This document shows, piece after piece, positions 56,365-64,000 of a stretch of DNA of 64,000 nt. Location of the stretch: the IMG/VR virus record IMGVR_UViG_3300028483_000002, positions 9,580-73,579 of that record, one strand, 5' to 3'. The stretch's first letter is position 1; the number at the start of each line of letters is the position of its first letter. The translations under genes and the position numbers were made by a program. The stretch comes from a virus. Its lineage: Duplodnaviria; Caudoviricetes. The notes beneath the pieces are model-generated. The model saw nothing but the letters and a program-made list of their open reading frames with translations, made no database searches and was not told the origin of the DNA.

Positions 56365-57228
56365 TCATAGTTTTATATACTCCAATCCTGAATTAATAAT
56401 ATATTGACGAAGTGCAATCATTTTTTCTCTAGGACCTTTTATTTTTAAAGTGTATTCTTCAATTTGTTGTGAGTTTTGAGGAATATTTGTTTTAGTAACC
56501 TGTTCTGTTCTAACAGGTTCTACAGTTTCTTTTTTTTGTTCTTCTGCAGCTTTTAGAACAGCTCTATTCGCTTTAAGTTGATTACCTTTTTGAAGTGTTG
56601 CATTAAGATCTAAACAATCTAAATAGAATGATTGCAAAATTTCTTTATCTTCATCATCCATTGATTCTAATGTTTGTAATTCAGATTTAATTTTGGCAAC
56701 GATATTCTCTAAAGTTGTTGTAATTTCTGTAATTTTGCAAGTTTTGTTTAACCATTTTGGATCAAATATTTTATCTAAAGAAATAATTTTAAAATCAAAA
56801 GATTCCCATATTGTTTTAATTTGTTCATATTTAGAATCTTTTTCTTTTTGTGCAGCTTCATCTACAATTTGCTTTAATTGATCTGATGCTTCATTAATTG
56901 TCTTTTCTAGAGTTTTCATTTCATTTTCAAACTCTGCTAACGGAGAGTTCCAAAGTTTCGTTGCTGTTTTTCGTTTTTCAGCAACTTCATCTTTTAATTT
57001 ATTAAGATATGCTTTATCAGATTTTGCTGCATCAGGATTATTTAAATAACGTTCAATAGAAAATGTTTCTAACTCTTTCTCAATTGCAGCTTTATATTCT
57101 TTTGCATTTGATGTTAATTTTCCGACTGCAATTTCAGTAACCAATTCAACAGTTTTGATTTCTGAAACCATTGGTAAATCTGTATTATCTTCAACAGATT
57201 CAATAATTAATTTTTTTGTTCTTGGCAT
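56365..57228 (-). CDS. DUF1351-family protein
   Basis: AKSDKAYLNKLKDEV..KR....K.WN.P..EFE, KEKDSKY..I, FDPKWLNKT. Confidence 0.7.
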   Translation of the reverse strand: MPRTKKLIIESVEDNTDLPMVSEIKTVELVTEIAVGKLTSNAKEYKAAIEKELETFSIERYLNNPDAAKSDKAYLNKLKDEVAEKRKTATKLWNSPLAEFENEMKTLEKTINEASDQLKQIVDEAAQKEKDSKYEQIKTIWESFDFKIISLDKIFDPKWLNKTCKITEITTTLENIVAKIKSELQTLESMDDEDKEILQSFYLDCLDLNATLQKGNQLKANRAVLKAAEEQKKETVEPVRTEQVTKTNIPQNSQQIEEYTLKIKGPREKMIALRQYIINSGLEYIKL

Positions 57229-57255
57229 AAATACTCCTTTATCGCCTGTGGGATA

Positions 57256-57329
57256 TGGCGGGCGTAGGGCTCGAACCTACAATCTCTGGATTATGATTCC
57301 AGTGAGTTAACCAATTTCTCCAACCCGCT
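57256..57329 (-). tRNA. tRNA-Met(CAU) with initiator-like features, CCA not encoded
   Basis: AGCGGGT/GCCCGCC acceptor stem, GAG/CTC D stem, CTGGA-ATCATAA-TCCAG anticodon arm, GTAGG-TTCGAGC-CCTAC T arm. Confidence 0.9.
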
Positions 57330-57337
57330 ATAAATAA

Positions 57338-57412
57338 TTAACGTTTGTAAACTACAATTTAATATAAAACACATCTGTTGTTTTGTCAATAATTTTTATT
57401 TACATTTGTAAA
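57338..57412 (-). promoter_or_regulatory. tRNA promoter TTGACA-17-TATATT with two operators
   Basis: Copy of 50376-50446; operators at 57338-57351 and 57399-57412. Confidence 0.8.
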
Positions 57413-57433
57413 TTTTTATCCGATAATATAAAT

Positions 57434-57775
57434 ATGAAGAACGAAACATTATTGAAAAATATTAAAGCCGCGTGTAAATCAAGAAATATTACTGTGGCAC
57501 AATTTTTGAAGGCTTTAGGTTTGCCAAAATCAAACTTTACTGTTTGGGAACAAAGGGGAACAATCCCTAGTGCTGATATTTTATTCAGAATTTCCCAATA
57601 TTTTAATTTGCCAATGGAATTGATGTTGGGTGGATATGATTCAACCATTGATGATGATTTGATCATTGCCTTAGTTAAATTAAGAGAATTATCAAAAGAA
57701 GAGCGAGAGCCGATAATATCTTTAATTATTAATCAGGTAGACTTTTTCAAAGCAAAAAAAGAAAACGCCAATTAG
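57434..57775 (+). CDS. XRE/CI-like HTH repressor (likely ATG 57434)
   Basis: ITVAQFLKALGLPKSNFTVWEQRGTIPSADILFRISQYFNLPMELMLGG. Confidence 0.85.
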   Translation: MKNETLLKNIKAACKSRNITVAQFLKALGLPKSNFTVWEQRGTIPSADILFRISQYFNLPMELMLGGYDSTIDDDLIIALVKLRELSKEEREPIISLIINQVDFFKAKKENAN

Positions 57776-57797
57776 TTTTTAATTGGCGTTTCTGAAC

Positions 57798-58904
57798 CTA
57801 CTGTTGCATAGGCATAATGATATGTTTTGTGTCATTCTGATTGTCATTATGGCCTTGCACTGTTATCGCACTAAGAATCTTACCATCAACAATAGAACAA
57901 CTAATTTCAATATTATCATCATTTATTACTTTTAATATATCTTCTAAGTATTGATAATTTATATGTAATTCAGCATTTGGAATTTCTGTTTTACAACTAA
58001 TTTCTTCCGCAGCATTACCTATTTCTGTGTCCGGTGTTGTAATTTTTAGAGAATTACCCCCAATATAAAATGACAATCTACCCGTTGAATTACTCATAAT
58101 TTTACTTCTTTTCATTGCTTCTTCCAAATCTTTTTTGGGAATAACAAAATTACTATCTAACCCAACAGGAATAACACGTGCATAACTTGGATATTGCCCA
58201 TCAATTAAGTTTGAATACAATTCAAAATTATTACAAAAGAAAGAAATTGATTTATCATTTATTTTGACAACAACATTCCCTTCTGTACCAAGTAATTCAG
58301 TCAAAATATTCAATACTTTTGTCGGAATAATAACTCCAGGAAAGTTTTCTGTAGATGATTTTGTCATAATTGACATTCTTCTTCCATCTGTTGCAACAGC
58401 AGTAATGTTTACCCCATCAGCAACAAGAAAAACTCCTGTCATAAAATACCTATTCTTTTCTGTAGAAACAGCAAAAATTGTATTTTGTATCATATTTTTT
58501 AAGTCTTTGCATGCGATTTCAAATTGTCTACAGTCTTTATTTGAGATAAATTCAGGAAATTTATCACTTGCCAACATTTTCATTTTGAACTTAACTTTTT
58601 TTGCATTTGGTTTAATAACCACTCCGTTTTCATCTTGCGATAATTCAACATCACCAGATGGCAATGAAGAAAGAATACTCATAAATTTATCACAGAAAAT
58701 TGTTATTATTCCTTCATTCTCAATTTCAACAGGTATTTTAGTTACAAATTTTACAGTAGAATCTGTTGCTCTGATTACTAATCTATTATCTTTTGCCTCC
58801 AATAAAACATTTGACAAAATGGATAATGGACTTTTATTTGCAATAACCTTTTGAGCAATTGAAATTTCTCTAATCATTGCTTCTTTGTTAAAAATAATTT
58901 TCAT
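57798..58904 (-). CDS. dnaN: DNA polymerase III beta sliding clamp
   Basis: 368 aa; LSILSNVLL, IRATD, FCDKF..IL..LP, TIFAVS...RYFMTGV, VATDGRRM, NLIDGQYPSYARVIP, INYQYL, HIIMPMQ. Confidence 0.95.
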   Translation of the reverse strand: MKIIFNKEAMIREISIAQKVIANKSPLSILSNVLLEAKDNRLVIRATDSTVKFVTKIPVEIENEGIITIFCDKFMSILSSLPSGDVELSQDENGVVIKPNAKKVKFKMKMLASDKFPEFISNKDCRQFEIACKDLKNMIQNTIFAVSTEKNRYFMTGVFLVADGVNITAVATDGRRMSIMTKSSTENFPGVIIPTKVLNILTELLGTEGNVVVKINDKSISFFCNNFELYSNLIDGQYPSYARVIPVGLDSNFVIPKKDLEEAMKRSKIMSNSTGRLSFYIGGNSLKITTPDTEIGNAAEEISCKTEIPNAELHINYQYLEDILKVINDDNIEISCSIVDGKILSAITVQGHNDNQNDTKHIIMPMQQ

Positions 58905-58914
58905 TTTTTTTCCC

Positions 58915-59223
58915 CTATTTATTTTGAACGTATTTTACTTGATGGCTTTGATCAAAAAAATCTGTATAATTATTCAAAAAATTCTGAATATCCGGTATAG
59001 AAAATGCTTTGTATTCTCTACCGTTAGAACTTTTTTTATACACTAAACAGTTTATCATTTTTTTTTCATAAGCATTTTTCAAAGTTAGATATACTTTTGG
59101 AACAGAATAATCTTCTTTTCCAAAAATATAAAACCATAATTTACTTATCTCGTTATTTCCTTCGTTAATCATACGAGTAATCTCTCTAGCTGTATAAAAG
59201 TGAGTATCTTTATAAAAAATCAT
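58915..59223 (-). CDS. Hypothetical protein
   Basis: ORF in operon. Confidence 0.4.
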   Translation of the reverse strand: MIFYKDTHFYTAREITRMINEGNNEISKLWFYIFGKEDYSVPKVYLTLKNAYEKKMINCLVYKKSSNGREYKAFSIPDIQNFLNNYTDFFDQSHQVKYVQNK

Positions 59224-59227
59224 TTTA

Positions 59228-59521
59228 CTAATCTCCTTTCATAATTTTAAGACTTACTAAATCTTTAGTATTAACAACTCTAGATATTGTGCAACTACCA
59301 ATTTTAATCCTAGTTTGTGCCAAACCATTATGGCATAACATAGTCAATTCATCACATAATTCCTGCACTGTCATTCCAGTCTCTTTGTGAGCATACATGC
59401 CGCATTCTTTTTTTATTTGCTGATTCTGCAGCAGCTCACCCATTACAACATTCTTTGTAACTTTGCAAATGTGTTTAATCCCCTCTTTTTTATAATGTTT
59501 GCATTTTTTACAGTTAATCAT
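59228..59521 (-). CDS. Hypothetical protein
   Basis: CKKCKHY...C motif; SD present. Confidence 0.4.
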   Translation of the reverse strand: MINCKKCKHYKKEGIKHICKVTKNVVMGELLQNQQIKKECGMYAHKETGMTVQELCDELTMLCHNGLAQTRIKIGSCTISRVVNTKDLVSLKIMKGD

Positions 59522-59531
59522 TTTTTCCTCC

Positions 59532-60089
59532 CTATTCTTTAAAATTATTGCCTGTGTTATTATTTTCTAAATGAACAAATTCCGTATGATCAATAAAATC
59601 ATAACAAACATATCCACTACAAAAACTCGATGTTTTCCCATTAAAAGAAACCTTTTTATCTGGAATAATGAATTGAATGCCTTTCCCAACAAACTGAAAT
59701 AAATTCCCAATTTCTTGATAATTTATCGCCATCATATTCATCAACAAAACAAAAGGCCTATGTAAATCAAAAATAATACGTTCAAAAACATCTAACTTTA
59801 AGCTAAATGGTGGATTTGAAACAATTAAATCGTACGATTCTGGCTCATACTCAAAAAAATTTTTTCCATCATTTAGATGGCTTCTAACAACCTGAAAACC
59901 TTTTTTTTGTAGTATTTCTACATATTTTGACGTTTCTTCATCGAAAGGACACCAAATAATAGGTTTATGACCATTTTTTGATATAAAATCTGATTCCCAC
60001 TTTTGAAGATAAGGAACAATCATATTAACAAGAACGGAAGGCGTTTTCCACTCGTCTTGTACCTTAAATGTTTTCTTAAAACTTTTCAT
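59532..60089 (-). CDS. Small phage N6-adenine DNA methyltransferase
   Basis: DEWKTP, IIWCPFD, FFEYEP..YD.IVSNPPFS. Confidence 0.8.
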   Translation of the reverse strand: MKSFKKTFKVQDEWKTPSVLVNMIVPYLQKWESDFISKNGHKPIIWCPFDEETSKYVEILQKKGFQVVRSHLNDGKNFFEYEPESYDLIVSNPPFSLKLDVFERIIFDLHRPFVLLMNMMAINYQEIGNLFQFVGKGIQFIIPDKKVSFNGKTSSFCSGYVCYDFIDHTEFVHLENNNTGNNFKE

Positions 60090-60691
60090 TTTTCTCCACC
60101 CTTTAATAAATTAAAATTATTTTTAACTCTACATAAATAAATCTTTGTGCTTTCAGGAATTGTTCTGTTAATTGTTGCCCCAATACCACAGTTATAAGCC
60201 ATCACAACATCGTCAAAAATTTTCAACCTACTTTGTAACCATTCAATTTGGTGTAAGGCTATAAATGTGTTGTGTTTCCAATCAAAAGCATTCAGTTCAA
60301 CATTTTCAAACTTCCAAAAATTATTTGTAAAAGTTGTGTACAAATATTTATCATTAAGTTGCCACAATCCTAGATCCATAGTTCCGTTTTCATTCCTATG
60401 AGTGGCATTTAAATTAATTTCCGGATTCTCCTGCATTAAAATGGCAACTGCCAAATCAGGATCAATTTCTAATTCTGTACACATTCTGACTATATAATCA
60501 GATAGTTCAGCAGGCAGAAATTGATATTTATGTATATTTTCTTGCTCTGTTTCTATTTCTTCTGAAATAAAATCAACATATACAATTTTTTTCATTTTGA
60601 TTGACTCAAAATGTTTTCCAATTGCATAGCCAATAAAAAAACACCCAATAACAATAAGAATAATTAAACAAATTTTCCTAATTAATTTCAT
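60086..60691 (-). CDS. Membrane-anchored SLT lytic transglycosylase
   Basis: N-terminal transmembrane helix; AILMQEN, N.NGTMDLGLWQLN, VMAYNCG. Confidence 0.8.
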   Translation of the reverse strand: MKLIRKICLIILIVIGCFFIGYAIGKHFESIKMKKIVYVDFISEEIETEQENIHKYQFLPAELSDYIVRMCTELEIDPDLAVAILMQENPEINLNATHRNENGTMDLGLWQLNDKYLYTTFTNNFWKFENVELNAFDWKHNTFIALHQIEWLQSRLKIFDDVVMAYNCGIGATINRTIPESTKIYLCRVKNNFNLLKGGEK

Positions 60692-60701
60692 TTTCCCACC
60701 T

Positions 60702-61331
60702 TTATATCCATTTTATTTCTGGATTACCCTTAAATCCTTTTTCCCATACAAACCACCCATAAGCAATAGCACTTGACGGATATTTTTCAAAATCTCCATT
60801 TTTTGCACAGTTTCTGCGTTGTGAAAAAACATACAAGGTTCTAAACGGATTACTGTCAAATAATGCCCTTCTGCTTTGACTTTCTAAAAAAGTTAATTTT
60901 AAAAACATTGCTATTTTTGTTCCTTCTGGAGAAATGTTCAAAGCGTGTTCAACAAATTCTTTACATAATACATACGGAGGATTAGTTACAATATCATTTT
61001 TATTTTCTGTAATCCCCAAAAAATTTTTTATTTCTGTTCCAGGAAAACCTCTATCTACAATGTCTTTAGCAATTATTTTATACCCTTTTTCTTTAAGCAC
61101 TGCTGCTATATGCCCCCCACCCACACAAGGTTCTAATATTGTTTCAGAAAAACTTTCTCTTTCTAACAATTCATAAACAGCTCTTGGCTCTGTGGCATAA
61201 TAATCTTCATGCTGTCGTTCTTCTTTTGCGTAAGTTCTCGCACCATTACAAGTGAATATAGCTTTATTATTTTCAATCCAATCTTTTTTGTTTGATTTTT
61301 CTTCTATTTCGTTACCGAACAAATCAATCAT
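60702..61331 (-). CDS. Phage amino-methyltransferase (N6A/N4C)
   Basis: DYYATEP, ILEPCVGGGHI, DIVDRG, DIVTNPPY, LKLTFLES. Confidence 0.8.
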   Translation of the reverse strand: MIDLFGNEIEEKSNKKDWIENNKAIFTCNGARTYAKEERQHEDYYATEPRAVYELLERESFSETILEPCVGGGHIAAVLKEKGYKIIAKDIVDRGFPGTEIKNFLGITENKNDIVTNPPYVLCKEFVEHALNISPEGTKIAMFLKLTFLESQSRRALFDSNPFRTLYVFSQRRNCAKNGDFEKYPSSAIAYGWFVWEKGFKGNPEIKWI

Positions 61332-61514
61332 TCTTTACCACCTCAAATTGTACATCGCTAAAGTTTTCAGCCGATAAAATATAATCTTCATCTGCTGCCC
61401 TATACTTATCATCAACTAATTGCAAAGCTTCTCTTTCATTCTTTGCATCAACTTCTACAATCTTTACCAAATTTTCTGTTATCTTTACTTTCATTTATTT
61501 TCTCCTTTTTTTTA

Positions 61515-61669
61515 TTGACAAATATTTATTCTATCTGTAAACTATAGATGGTGATAGGAACGGTTTCAGTATCTACTATCGGACACACCAAGAAGTTGTC
61601 AATTAAAACTCCCTAGAAGGATCGGATATTGCACTTAACTGTGCCTCTATCGGGGCGGGAGTTTTTTTT
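61515..61669 (+). ncRNA. Putative convergent antisense sRNA (promoter 61515-61543, RNA about 61547-61669)
   Basis: TTGACA-17-TAAACT; 5' hairpin GATGGTGATA/TATCTACTATC; terminator AAAACTCCC/GGGAGTTTT followed by a T tract. Confidence 0.65.
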
Positions 61670-62294
61670 GTTTTAAAACCTTACACTTGCCTTTGTATTC
61701 AATAATTACATAACCATTCCTATTATCTTTTTTTATTTCATCTTTTAATTTTTTATACTTGTTATAAGTTATTTCACCCTTAATAGAAATGAAACAACTT
61801 GGAGCTTGTTTTTTTGTTTCATTAAATCTTGTTATTAGTTTATGTTCCCCAGTATTTTTTATTTCCATAAAATCTCTATCATTAAATAATTTATAAAAAA
61901 TATCAGCCTTTTTGTTATTAGAATAACTTTCTCTTAATAAATAAACATCAAAACCTAACATCTTTATTTTTTTACAAGTTTCTACTTCATCTTTACATCT
62001 TCCTTCTCTTACAGCATCTATTTTTCCAACAGAAACTTTTATACCTTCAAAATCTTCATAAGTTTCTTTTTCTAAATAATCTAAAAGTAATTCTCTATCT
62101 TTTTCAGATAATTCCATTATCCCTTTTTCTGTAAATCTTCCCTTATCATCTCTCGGATGCACAGCAGAATTAAATCCTTTTTGTACAGAATCTTCTTCAT
62201 GATTAAAAATTACATATATTTTAGGTTTATAATTCAACTTTTCCATTAGCTCATCATAAACTGATTTTCTTATTACTAATTTTACTTTACTCAT
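61647..62294 (-). CDS. Putative capsid cargo protein with HPRD motif and CdiA-C-like (PD-D/ExK tRNase-type) domain
   Basis: MSKVKLVIRKSVYDEL leader; QKGFNSAVHPRDDKGRFT; E.ETCKKI..LGFDVYLLRE...KKADI...MEIKN...KKQA..CFI. Confidence 0.55.
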   Translation of the reverse strand: MSKVKLVIRKSVYDELMEKLNYKPKIYVIFNHEEDSVQKGFNSAVHPRDDKGRFTEKGIMELSEKDRELLLDYLEKETYEDFEGIKVSVGKIDAVREGRCKDEVETCKKIKMLGFDVYLLRESYSNNKKADIFYKLFNDRDFMEIKNTGEHKLITRFNETKKQAPSCFISIKGEITYNKYKKLKDEIKKDNRNGYVIIEYKGKCKVLKQKKLPPR

Positions 62295-63051
62295 CTTTTT
62301 TTTCTCCGCAAACCAAAATATTTTTGTCCCTAAAGATATTCTCTAAATCAAAAACTGTTTTCCCATCACTTCTAAAAGGTATTTCAATTTTTGATTGTAA
62401 TTCTTTTAATTTTTCCCAATAGCCTGGAAGAAATAAAAACATATTTTCAAGTTCTTTTAAGTTTTTATTTCTGCAACACCAACAAGAAACACGGTCTAAA
62501 ACTTTGTAAAGTTCAATTCCGTTTTCTTCCCAATTAAAGCCTTTTTCATAGCAATAATTCAAACAGTCTTTTTCAGACATTCCCCATTCTGCTAAGGGAT
62601 AAATCTTCAATCTGTTTTTATATCTTTTCACTCTTTCTCTTAACAGTCTTTCTTGTTCGTCGACTGCTATTCCAACATATTCAACAATAAACTCATCGCC
62701 ATACTTTTTATTATTTTCTTTTATGGCATTAAGTTTTAATGTTGTTCCCCAACGACATAAACCACCACACCATTTATAGCCCGATTGTTTTTGCCCATTT
62801 CTCTTTTGCACTTCTTTTTCTAACATTGTGTAGAAAAAATCATGTTTCGGTTTTAACTCTGTAAACTGTATTTCACGCTTACCAAGTTCCTTTTTTATAA
62901 GTTCTTTATTTGTATAAATAGATTTAAATTCTGCTCCAATATCAAAATATACAACTTCATCTAATGGATAATTCAGTTCTAATAATTTCAATATCATCGC
63001 TAAACTATCTTTTCCAAAACTACAACTTGCTATGTATTTCACGCTTACCAA
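62287..63051 (-). CDS. PAPS reductase-family (PP-loop) protein
   Basis: ASCSFGKDSLAM, RWGT..LKL, YVGIA.DE..R, YPL.EWG.SEKDCL.YC, RVSCWCC. Confidence 0.85.
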   Translation of the reverse strand: MVSVKYIASCSFGKDSLAMILKLLELNYPLDEVVYFDIGAEFKSIYTNKELIKKELGKREIQFTELKPKHDFFYTMLEKEVQKRNGQKQSGYKWCGGLCRWGTTLKLNAIKENNKKYGDEFIVEYVGIAVDEQERLLRERVKRYKNRLKIYPLAEWGMSEKDCLNYCYEKGFNWEENGIELYKVLDRVSCWCCRNKNLKELENMFLFLPGYWEKLKELQSKIEIPFRSDGKTVFDLENIFRDKNILVCGEKKDE

Positions 63052-63151
63052 TACGCATTTATTCCGTATTGGATTTTCTACTTGCTAAAAGCCACGATTT
63101 CAAAATTACGCAACAATCACATCTCGCTGTTGCAACCTAGTCTACTAGGAA

Positions 63152-63850
63152 TTAAGCGTTTTCCTCCTTTCTATCCATAACTGTATTCTTATGAACTAAT
63201 GCAATCCTTTCATCTTCTGTCATATCATTCCATTTCTTTTTTCCTTGTATTCCTAATTGACTGAATAATGCACAAAAAACTGATACAACTATTGCATTGC
63301 CCGCAACCTTGTAGAGTTGCGAGTTAGATACAACTTTTTCTGCCCTATTAAACTGTTCTTCTTCAACATTCATCAATCTAAAACATTCTCTAGGAGTAAG
63401 TTTTCTGATTCTGTATCTTTCTACTACTGGTAAAATTGCAGTTTTCTTTCCTTCTGGTCTTGTTGTAATTGTTGGAGAAATCCCATCAGTTAAAACTTTC
63501 TGTTTAAAAGCGTCTATAATATCACCTTCTTGTGCGTTATTTTCTAAAATATGGGGATTCGCATATCCATGACACCCTGCAGAAATAGTTGGATATAACC
63601 CTTCTGTAGATACAACTGTTCCACATTGAGAACCTTCGTTACTTATTTGTCCTACTTTTTCAATTTTTACAACTTCTTCTTCAATTTCTTCTAACACTAA
63701 ATTATCCTTTTGAACTGTTGTTAAGGTGTTGCAAATACCTTCTGAATTTGGCTCTAATCTTTGTTCTAATTCTATTCCTGGTGTTCTGTCTGATGGATTA
63801 TTAGGATTGCGGCCTATCATTCTCACAATCTGTTTTTCTTCAATAATCAT
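63152..63850 (-). CDS. C5-cytosine DNA methyltransferase, C-terminal part (frame broken at a G9 tract)
   Basis: RIRKLTPRECFRLM...SNSQLYKVAGNAIVV (motifs IX and X); repeated PTI/PTL TRD-like units. Confidence 0.8.
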   Translation of the reverse strand: MIIEEKQIVRMIGRNPNNPSDRTPGIELEQRLEPNSEGICNTLTTVQKDNLVLEEIEEEVVKIEKVGQISNEGSQCGTVVSTEGLYPTISAGCHGYANPHILENNAQEGDIIDAFKQKVLTDGISPTITTRPEGKKTAILPVVERYRIRKLTPRECFRLMNVEEEQFNRAEKVVSNSQLYKVAGNAIVVSVFCALFSQLGIQGKKKWNDMTEDERIALVHKNTVMDRKEENA

Positions 63851-63980
63851 AGGCTCTCTGCCCCCCCCCTTGCATTGTCGTTAATGTCGGACATAATCCG
63901 TTTTTATCCCAAACATTCCCCGCAAACCCTAGTCCTGCTTTTTCGTTGTAAATATTCCCTAAACGGATTACTTTTGACAT
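63840..63980 (-). pseudogene. Upstream out-of-frame segment of the C5 methyltransferase
   Basis: MSKVIRLGNIY...GNVWDKNGLCPTLTTMQGGG joins the downstream ORF if the G9 at 63861-63869 is G8. Confidence 0.65.
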
Positions 63981-64000
63981 TCAATTACACCCCCCCCCCC

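Noticed and set aside
61573-61602. Minus-strand TTGACA with a TGTGT box as a sixth late leader
   Set aside because: No GCAG/CTGC hairpin follows and the -10 is poor
2703-63051. Many short ORFs antisense to or nested in long genes (for example 2703..3173, 10412..10678, 39405..39701, 58264..58854, 34401..34760)
   Set aside because: They are shadows of well-supported genes, with no SD and no recognisable motifs
1-64000. Stop-codon reassignment
   Set aside because: Long genes are intact in the standard code and end in TAA, TAG and TGA

Overview
The whole window is AT-rich bacteriophage DNA and almost all genes are on the minus strand. It is probably a temperate contractile-tailed phage or prophage of a Treponema-like spirochete. 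That host call is an inference from my recognition of the DnaN and SSB sequences, not from a search. From left to right it contains: (1) a Herelleviridae/Twort-style tail and head module (tape measure N-terminus, chaperones, tube, sheath, neck, major capsid protein, prohead protease/scaffold) with a class-3 lipase inserted; (2) between protease and portal, several large putative capsid-packaged cargo (MuF/polyvalent/toxin-like) proteins that share an N-terminal KSV leader, mixed with accessory genes; (3) portal, many small ORFs, terminase subunits and GroES; (4) a lambdoid-type replication/recombination module (SSB, DnaC-like loader, initiator with iterons, RecT, YqaJ); (5) an immunity region with XRE repressors, antirepressors, a plus-strand type IIG-like R-M gene, an initiator-like tRNA(CAU) and dnaN; (6) DNA methyltransferases and a PAPS-reductase-family gene. 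The most striking unexplained signals are non-coding. Four leader/sRNA elements have a 5' hairpin loop complementary to a loop or bulge in their own terminator, each with a different code. Two promoter-plus-terminator antisense RNAs share a 5' motif and lie next to predicted RNase toxin domains. Five TGTG + GCAG...CTGC + U-tract leaders sit in front of structural or cargo genes. All assignments come from reading motifs by eye; no searches or folding programs were run.
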